From Chiloscyllium plagiosum (Eukaryota): 44,929 bases of DNA. The position numbers were made by a program, and so were the translations under genes. Under the pieces are notes generated by a model. That model was given only the letters and a program-made list of their open reading frames with translations, searched no databases and was not told where the DNA came from. Positions 36,161 through 44,929 of this stretch are shown here, one piece after another (the first letter of the stretch is position 1; the number at the start of each line of letters is the position of its first letter). The stretch lies in the NCBI RefSeq assembly GCF_004010195.1, contig NC_057753.1:15249456-15294384 (forward strand), written 5' to 3'.

Positions 36161-37569
36161 TGCAGATGTCCCTCCCTACCTGTGCAAACACCTCCATCTG
36201 CAGAAATCCATACTGGCTTTGTAACACCGTTCAGGCATTGACCACTCTCTGTAACACTCTCACCACCTCCAGCACCTTCACCTCTCACTGTTCCTCTCGT
36301 GTCATTAAGCCCTGACAATGATTCGCCTTTCCACTGCCTTCTTCCTGCTAGCAGACCCTTCGCAATCCCTCTAATACTTACTCGTTAAACCCTCTCTCAT
36401 TTCAGGATTTTAAGTACTTTGTAGTGATCTTCTAAGCCTCATAATCTAATATGATCCATTTTGTCCTTAGTGAGGGATGGGAGAGAATTTCTTGCTGAGG
36501 TTTTGTCTGTTTCAATGGAATGTCCTTTTGTTGAATATTTTACACTGTTCCTTCAAATGTTTTCCACTGTTCATTTACAGACATATGTTTTCAGTATGTT
36601 TCGCCTGTTTACCTTGGTCAGTTCTCCGCTGAAACTCATGTAATTGACTGTTTTTGTTTCTAGTTGTAGCTTGTCCTTTCTGTAATTCAGTTTAAAACTT
36701 TATATTTCTTTAAACTGCACTTTATCACAATTTCCCGGAGGATCTCCCCAGGTGACATTACTCATTCAGTAAGTTTCATCACGCAACAGTCGGTCTGAGA
36801 TAGTTATGTCCCTAGGCAGTTGCACAATTTGTTATTCAAAGAAACACTGAAAAAATTCTACAATCTCCTCTTCGAATATCACTCTTGTCAGTGTGATTGT
36901 CAAGATTATATGAATATTGAAGTTTCTCTAAATTATCACAATACCTTTAATAAAAGTTCCAATGAGTTCCTGATTAATGCAGTGATGAGCAGTGAAATGC
37001 TGTTAGGTGGCTAATTCTCTTCTGCTGCTTGTGTCATTGGCAAGTAATAGCCAGTATTTACATTCAGACTGATTCTACTTCATGATCTGAGACCAAATGC
37101 TTTCTCTGTAATGCCTTTGTTATCCATTATTTTTAGTGTTGCCCATTTTGCCTGAGTTTCTGCAAGCTTGTGAAATATTGCGCATTTATTTTCCACCTTT
37201 TTTCGCACTGTAACCACGTCTCTCTGGTGTTTCAATCTCTTTCAACTCTGTGTCACAATTCCATCCACCTTATTGAAGAGACTTTGTCCATTAAAAAAAT
37301 AACTTACTCTTTCCCACAATTTCCTGTCACAAATAGATTCGCTGATGTACAGTTTTAGTTAAACTCTGTTCCATCCTGTTAATTTCTGCTTGTCTCAGGC
37401 CACATTCCCATGCTGTTCTGATGCGTCACCTTTCCACTTTGGATTTGGAAAGCTCCTTTCACCTGAATCCTGTCCCTGCATCTTCTCTGTCAGTTTAAAG
37501 CCCTGTCCATATACCTACCGACATGATTGGCCAGGTCACTGGCCCCAGCACAGCTCCAGTGGGACCATC

Positions 37570-37920
37570 GGAATGGGTTGGGTTATGGGTGTCACTGGCT
37601 GACCAAACTTCCTTGCCCAGCCCTAGCTGCCCTTGAGCTGAGTAACTTGCTCGACCATTTCAGAGGGTTATTGAGAGGCAAACACTTTGCTGTGGGGATG
37701 TCGTGCAGACCACGTGAGGATGGGCAGATGTCTTTCTTGAAAGGCGAAGTTTTTGCATTTATTGTACATCAGTCATGGTATTGATAATTACTATTTTAAA
37801 AATAATTTATTTCAAATTCCACCATTTCAGATGGTGGTGTTCAAACCTTCCTCCCCCGAACATTAGCTGAGGATTTGGATACATGCTTTAGCAATAACAC
37901 CACTAGGCCATCACGTCGCC
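37570..37920 (-). mobile_element. Old tRNA-derived SINE (second family)
   Basis: Minus-strand head GATGGCCTAGTGGTGTTA (A box) and GGTTTGAACACC (B box). Confidence 0.65.
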
Positions 37921-38284
37921 TGCTCACAGGCTATTCATCCCTGAATAGTGATACCAGTGCATCATGGAGACAAGGCTGTTTTTCTTTCATGATTGTTTGA
38001 TCCTGATACCTACCTGCACTCTGGTGATGTCACTCAGTATTTCTCTATGTGGTATCCCTCACTGTGTGGGTCCAATTTCTGCCTCTGTCAGTGTCTCTCA
38101 CTCTTACAGCTGCTCCAGATCCTGAGCCAACAGAATTCTCCACTCCACAGAGACACAACAGAACAGACCAGGAATGGAGACTGGGATTTTCCAGATCTCT
38201 GTGGGAATTACTGCCATTCTCCATATGTAATCCTCATTCCATCAGTTTAATTTCCCATCCTGTCTATTTCTCTGTCTCCTGCAG

Positions 38285-38419
38285 GTAATCAGGAAGTTCC
38301 TGACTCAATAGATTTCCCAACTACAGGATGTCTCGTCCATCACCACATTGAAGATGGTTGGTCAGCCAGAGAGACAAAGGGCAGGGAAATCTGGAATCTT
38401 CAATAAATCCTGCAGTGAG
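38285..38419 (+). other. Putative 135-nt exon of an unidentified (pseudo)gene
   Basis: Strong acceptor TTTCTCTGTCTCCTGCAG and donor GAG/GTAAGA; one stop in phase 0. Confidence 0.4.
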
Positions 38420-38914
38420 GTAAGATCACTCAAAGTGAACAGAGCAGAGAGCAATGAGAGGGCTCTAAACACCGGCTAAAAAGACATCACTTAGATACAG
38501 TTCTGGCGGGGGAGCACAATACAGACACACCCCAGGTCAATCACCAGCCCTACTGTAAGTTTTGTTGCATTGAGACAGCATCGGAAGAGTGACAATTGTC
38601 AATCTAGGCCTGTGATGCCTGAGTGAACATCAGTATAACAGAGGGGAAAGCAGGTTTCTCATGATTGTGTGGGAATGCTGCCTGGGATCTTTCTGCTCTG
38701 TGTTCCCCAACTGTACATATACAATGTCTCGTGGACCAGTGTCTTCAATAATGTTTAACTCCTTTAACAGTTCCTGTCCCTGTAACCTCCTCCCTTCCCG
38801 ATAGTCCTTCCACATATTTGAAATATACTACATTCCAGACTACCATCTCAATCTCTGTTACTTGCTTCAGTGTCTACAACATGCCTTATCTCAGTAGTCT
38901 CCTCTTCCAATAAC

Positions 38915-41900
38915 TGGAGAAAGAGCTATGCAGAACAGAAACGGTTCCTTCGATCCAACTAGTCCATGCTGACCACGGTTCCTGAACGAGTCGCATTTGC
39001 CTGCGTTTGGTCCCGATCGCGTCAAACCTTCTCCTCTTCATGTACCTGCCCAAATGTCTTTTCCATGATGTAAATGTACTTTTCTCTACCACTTCAGTGG
39101 CAGCTCATTCAATATGTGCACCATTTTCTGTGTGGAAATGTGCTCCTCTGGTCGCTTTTAAGTATTTCCTCTCCCACCTCATATTTTTGCCCTCTAGTTA
39201 TGGATTCCCTTACCCGGCTGTAGAGACCTTCACTGTTCAACCTACGTATATCTCTCATGTTTTTATAAACCTTTATAAGGCCACCCCTCAGCCACCCCAA
39301 TGGAAATACGAAGGATAATGATACAAATATCTCTGCCACGGTCCCCACTGCGACTTTGCCACAATGTTCTGGAATACACTTGTTCAGGACCTAGGGCTTT
39401 CTCTACCTTTGTGTGCTAAAACCTCCAGCACCACCTCTTCTGTAATGGGGACTCTTTTCAAGACATCACTATTTATTTCCTTTTGTTTCCTCGTCTTTGT
39501 CCACAGTTCGTTCTGACATGAAATATTCATTTCGGGTCGCGCCCATTTCCTGTGTTTCCAGCCATGGTTGGTCTCATTGATCTTTGAGGGGCCCAATTGT
39601 CTCTCTAGTAGCTTTTTTGTACTTGTGCGCTGTAGAGTCTCTTTGGATTCTCCTTAACCTTATCTGCCAAATTTATCTCATTCCACCCATGTTGCTTTCT
39701 AGCTTATCCTGCCTCTCTGTTTCTGTCAAACGCTCCAGTATCAGTAACATCTTCGTCAATCTTTGCTCCATTTACAGTTTCAGAATATGCTTCCTAAAGC
39801 AGGAGGATCAGAATTCTACACAGTACCCCAACTGGTGTCCCAGCAATGTCTGAAACAGCCATATCATGATGTACCAACTCATGTACTCAATGCTCTGACC
39901 CATGAGGGCCAGTGTGCCAAATGTGGTTTTCGCCATCCTGTCCACCTGTGACACCACTTCCAAGGCACAACGCAAATGCAGCCCTTGGTCTCTCTCTGTT
40001 AGACAACACTGTCCAGAGCTCTGCCATTAATTGTGTTATTCGTCCCTGGTTTATTTTAACAAAATCCAACACCTGAATTCTGCTCCATCTTTCATTTCTT
40101 GACCCACAGGCTCAGTTGGTTAAGAGCACCTTTGATAACTGTATTCACTGCCCACTATAACACTTATTTTACAATCCACAAACTTACTAATAATAATTTA
40201 TATATTCTCGTTTATGTCAAGAATGCACATGCGTGGTCCCAGCACCAATGCTTATGGCACACCGCTGGTCAGAGGCCCTCGGTCTGCACAACAACCCTCT
40301 CCAACCATTCTCTGTCTCCTAAAGCCAAGCCAATTTTGTGTTTGTTTGGCTTGCTCTCCCTGATCCCATGTGATCTAACCTTACGAACCAGTGCACCAGG
40401 CTAAACCCTGTCTAATGCCTTGCTGAAGTCAGGATACACAACGTCTCCTGCTCTGCCTTCATCCAGCTTCTTGGTCACGTCTTCAACAAACTCTATCAAA
40501 TTTGAGAGACATAGCTTTGTACGCACAAAACTGTGCTGACTCTCCCTATTCAAGCTTTGCCTTTCCAAATGCATGCAAATCCTGTCCTGCGAAATTGCTT
40601 CCAACAACATTTGCACCACTGACATCAAGCTAATTGGTGTTTATGTCCCTAGCTTTCCGTCGCAGCTTTTCCTAAATACTGGCACAATATTAGGCAACCT
40701 CCAGGCTCCGAGCTCACCACCCGTGGCTGTCAGTGATAGAAATATCACTGTAAGTTTCTTCCCTAACTTAACCCAATATCCTGGGATATACTTGATTGTG
40801 TTTGAAAACCTTCAGCACCTCCTGGTCTCCAATGTGGACTCGTTTGAAAATATCACTGTTTATTTCCCTGCTCCCCCAATGTGTTTTCCACAGTAAAGTG
40901 TTTTCTGACGTGAAGTGTTTGTTTTGGATCTCACCCATTTCCTGTGGGTTCAGACATAGATGACTTTAAGGGGTCACGTTATGTCCCGAGTTAATCTTCT
41001 ATTGTTAATATACTTGTAGAATTTCTCTGGATTTTCCTGAACCTTCTCTGCCAAAGCTCTGTCAGTTCCCCTTTAGGCCCTCATGGTTTCCCTCTTAAGA
41101 GTATTACTACACCCACAATGTTCTTCAAGGGATGACTTAATCCAGCTGGCTGTATATGACATGTGCCCCCTTTTGTCTTGACCAGAACCTCAATATCTCC
41201 AGTCATCCAGTGTATCCCACTTGTGTCAGCATTGTTCTTCACACTAACAGGAATATGCTGGCCCTGAAATATTATTTTACCTATCTTTTGAAAGAGTCCC
41301 ACTTGCCCGACGTTCTTTTACTTGCAAATAGCCTCCACGAATCAATTTTTGGACATTCTTGCCGAATACCTTCTGGACGGGGAAAGGCCAATTTTGATCT
41401 TTAACTTGTGGACAAGGCCTGTCCTTTTCCATCGCTATTTCCGAACCAATAAAATTGTGGTGACTTTGCAAAAGCGCTGCCCCACAAACTCTTCAGCCCC
41501 TTTCTCTACCTTGTTTCCCGAAGGGAGGTCAGGTTTTATCTTTTTCTCGAGTCGGGCCAGTTACATACTGATTGAGACAGTTTTCTTGAACACACTGAAC
41601 AAATCCCTCCCATCCAAGCTGTGAACACACTGACAGTCCCCCAGTCTAGGTTTGGAAAGTTAAAATCCCCGACCATTACAACCCTATCTTTCTTCCAGAT
41701 ATCTGAGATCTCCGACATATTTGCTGCTCAACCTCCCGCTGACGACTGCGGGCCTGTAGTACCGTCATATGAAACTGATTATTCATTCTTATTTCTCAAT
41801 TACATAACAGCTTACTGGGCGATCCCCAGGAATATCCTCTCTCAGTGCTGCAGTGATGTTTTCACTGATCCAAAACTCCACTTCCCCTCCTCACTTGCCT

Positions 41901-42080
41901 CCCGTTCTATCCTTCCTGTTGAATCTGTCCTCTGGAACAATGATCTGCGAGCCCTGTCCCTTCCTCAGCTTTGTTTCTTCAATTCCTGTGATTTCCCAGT
42001 CCCATATTTGCATCCATGCCGTGCGTTCATCTACCTTACCTGTCAGGCATTTTACATCAAAGTAAATGCAATTTAATTCA
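38915..42080 (-). mobile_element. Decayed CR1 ORF2 pieces (3' tail to endonuclease)
   Basis: LRGGLIKVYKNMR, VVYPDFSKALDRV and VVMVGDFNFPNLDW motifs. Confidence 0.88.
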
Positions 42081-42119
42081 TCAGTTTTCCCTCATTGCCT
42101 GCTGTGCTCTAGCCTGGTT

Positions 42120-43410
42120 ATCATTTGAAATTATTCTGTTGAAGCCTCAACCTTCAGACTGTAGCCTGAGACCATCCCCCTCACTGTGGACAACACCCTC
42201 ATCTTTCATGTCATCTGCAAACCAAATAATGATACCTTCTGTTTTCATATCCGAGTGATTAATGCCCCTAAGGAACAGTAATGGCTCCTGCACAGGTCTC
42301 TGTAGTACCCTCGCTGGGCAAAGGCTTTCAATCACAAAACCAACCCTTCAGCAATTGTGGATCCAATTTGCCAACTTGCCTTGGATCCCATGGGCTCTTC
42401 CCTTCTGGACCAGCCTGCCATGTGGACCTTGTCAAAGGCCTTAATGAACACCATGGAACCCACATCATCTGCACTGCCCTCATCAATATTTTCAGACACC
42501 ATTTCAAAAAACTGAACTGATTTCACCAGACAAGATCTTCCTGCATCAAATCCGTGCTGACTAACCCTAATCAATCCCTGCCTTTCCAGTTATGAATTCA
42601 AATTTTCCCTCAGAATTGTTTCCAATAATTTCCCTCCCCCTGCTGTCAGACTACCTGCTCTGTAATTACCTGGCTTATCCCTGCTTCCCTTCTTGAACAA
42701 AGGAACCACATTAGCGATCTTCCAGTCATTCGGCACTTCACCTGTAGCCAGCCAAGTATTAAATATATCCACCAGGGCCCCAGCAATCTCCTTCCTTACC
42801 TCCCATAGCAGCCTGGGGTACATTTCATTGGGCTCTGGGGATTTCTACACCTATTTATGCCTGTGAAAACATTTAAAACCCCCTCCTTATTGATGTTACC
42901 ATGTTCTAGAACCTCACCATCACGACTGAAATCCCCGGCTACAATGTCTTTCTCCTGTGTGAATATAGATGGGAAGTATTCATTGAAGACCTCACTTACA
43001 TCCTCTGGCTCCATGCACAGATTGTCCCTTTGGTTTCTAACAGGCCTCCCTCTTTCGCTGGGAAGCCTCTTATGCTAACGATGATGATGAAACACCTTGT
43101 GGTTTCTCCTCAGTTGTATCTGCCAAATGTACTTCATGACCATTGTTTGTCCCCCATTTTCTACAATCCCTTTGCCCTCTCGATACTTGTGAATGACTTC
43201 TCTTGATTTTATTGAACTGGATTTTCGTTATCAAACTCACGATATCACTTGATCAGTATTCGCTGGACTTGCTGCCTTTACTATTCACTCTTCAAGGAAC
43301 ACACTGGCCCCGAGTTTTCACAGCATCACTTTTAAATACTCCCACTTTCCTAATATCGACCCAACTGCACGTAGTTCCTCGCCGTCTCTGTTTGCCAGAT
43401 CCTGTCTAAT
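42120..43410 (-). mobile_element. CR1 ORF2 linker-RT fragment
   Basis: DWKIANVVPLFKKGSRDKPGNYR and WFADDMK. Confidence 0.9.
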
Positions 43411-43414
43411 GATC

Positions 43415-44790
43415 ACAATACTGATAAGAGTCTCAGTTGTGAGGGGGACAGACAGGAGACTGTGTGGCTGCAGAAGAGACCCCCGATGGTGTGCTGCCTC
43501 CAGGGTGCCAGATCAAGGATGTCTCTGAGCGGTTACTGAATATTCTGAAAGGGAGGGTGAACATCCAGAGGTAATTGTGCACATCAGCCCACGTGACAGA
43601 GGTAGACAAAGGGATAGGCCCCTGTGAAATAAGTACAGGGAGTTAGGTAAGAAGTTAAAAACAGGATATTGAGGTTAATGATCTCCAGATTACACCCAGT
43701 GTCACGTGCCAGTGAGGATAGAACGAGAAAGATCGGCCAGATGGATGTGTGGCTGAGGCGCTGGTATAGGGGGTAGGGTTTTCAGTTCTTAGGTCATTGG
43801 GATCTCTTCTGGGGTAGAGGTAACATGTACCAGGGGATGGTTTGCACTGGAAGCAGAGAGGCATCAGTATCACTGGGAGGAGATTTGCTAGGGTTACCCG
43901 GCAGAATTTAAACTAGTTTGGCAGGGAGTTGAGACTCTGAATAAGACAGGGGCCATCAACTAGTCAGGGGAAAATGCATGAGCCATCGAAAGCAAGTTTC
44001 CTATCCAGGATATCCGGGCACAGTATAGGGAACGAAAAGACTTCTGGTTTAAAGGGCATTAATTTCAATGCACGAGGCGTGACTGGTAAGGAAAACGAGC
44101 TCAGAGCATGGATTAGCTCTGGGGACTGGGATATTATAGCCATAACAGAAACATGGCTGAGAGAAGGGCAGGACTGACAGCACAGTGTTCCAGATTACAG
44201 AAGCTACAAGCGTGACAGAAGAACAAGTAATTGGGGAGGGGAAGTTGTCCCTTTGATTAGGGAGGACAGAAAACAGTGCTGAGAGACAATACTGTTAAGT
44301 GGTCATCAAATGAAGCCATATTTTTAAACGTTAGAGACAAAAATGGGGTGTTCAGTCTGCTGGGATGGTGTTCTCGTCCCCCAAATAGCCAGTGGGTACG
44401 AGAGGAGAAATTGCGCAGTGAGATTACAGGTGCCTATAAAAATAATAGAGTAGTATTGGATGGAGATTTTAACTTCCCCTGAATTGACTGGATCACCCAG
44501 AGTGTAAAAGGACCATACGGGGTAGATTTTGTCAAATATGTCTAGGAATATTTCCTAAATCAAGATGTACAGGGTTCTATGCTACTCAGGTGGATGCAAC
44601 ACTGGAACTCCCCTCAGAACCGAGGTCAGCCAAGTGACTGAAGTGTCAGTCAGAGAGCACTTTGGGTCCCAGTGACCACAACTGTCTTTTTTTAGATATA
44701 GTTATGGAAAAAGATCAGAGAGGTCCACAGATTAAGGTCTTAAACAGGAGCAGGACCATTCAGAAGGATCGAGCAAGGGTTCATTGGGTG
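43415..44790 (+). mobile_element. CR1 5' part: ORF1 SGNH-esterase domain and ORF2 endonuclease start
   Basis: RGTDRRLCG...MVCCLPGARIKDVSERL-like ORF1; FNARGV, IIAITETWL and GDFNFP. Confidence 0.88.
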
Positions 44791-44833
44791 AAGGTAAAAA
44801 TCACATAACACCAGGTTAACATCCAGCTGTTTA

Positions 44834-44929
44834 CACAGGAGCCTTGATTATCTGAACGAGATGGGCGGGCAATAGTACATTCAGATAATTGGTTATTCGA
44901 TTAATCGATTCCATGCCTTTCCTCTGGGG
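44834..44929 (+). mobile_element. Possible left end of a Tigger/pogo-type DNA transposon or MITE
   Basis: TA followed by CACAGGAGCCTTGATTATCTGAAC, resembling Tigger TIRs; runs off the window. Confidence 0.4.

Noticed and set aside
38630..38815. 61-aa minus-strand ORF as a host exon
   Set aside because: No recognisable domain or convincing splice sites

Overview
Eukaryotic, repeat-saturated DNA. The repeat families (CR1/HER1-type LINEs, HE1-type tRNA-derived SINEs, Penelope-type palindromes) point to an elasmobranch (shark). I see no intact host protein-coding gene. Most of the window is decayed CR1 LINEs. It also holds two L1 copies of one family with TSDs: a near full-length copy at 27327-32925 and a copy at 533-2773 lacking about 3 kb of ORF2. 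Other repeats are a Tx1 3' end, several SINEs and a probable solo LTR. Non-TE content includes a C2H2 zinc-finger pseudogene with a candidate promoter and leader exons (minus strand, about 4255-6935). It also includes a tandem segmental duplication (9718-12956 / 13344-18109) whose copies each carry a 175-bp palindrome with degenerate hammerhead cores, a 65-bp tandem array (about 11 vs about 36 units) and minus-strand exon-like segments. Three N gaps limit interpretation. Nothing here can be shown to be a new system from sequence alone. The best leads are the duplicated module and the ORF1-only L1 derivative.
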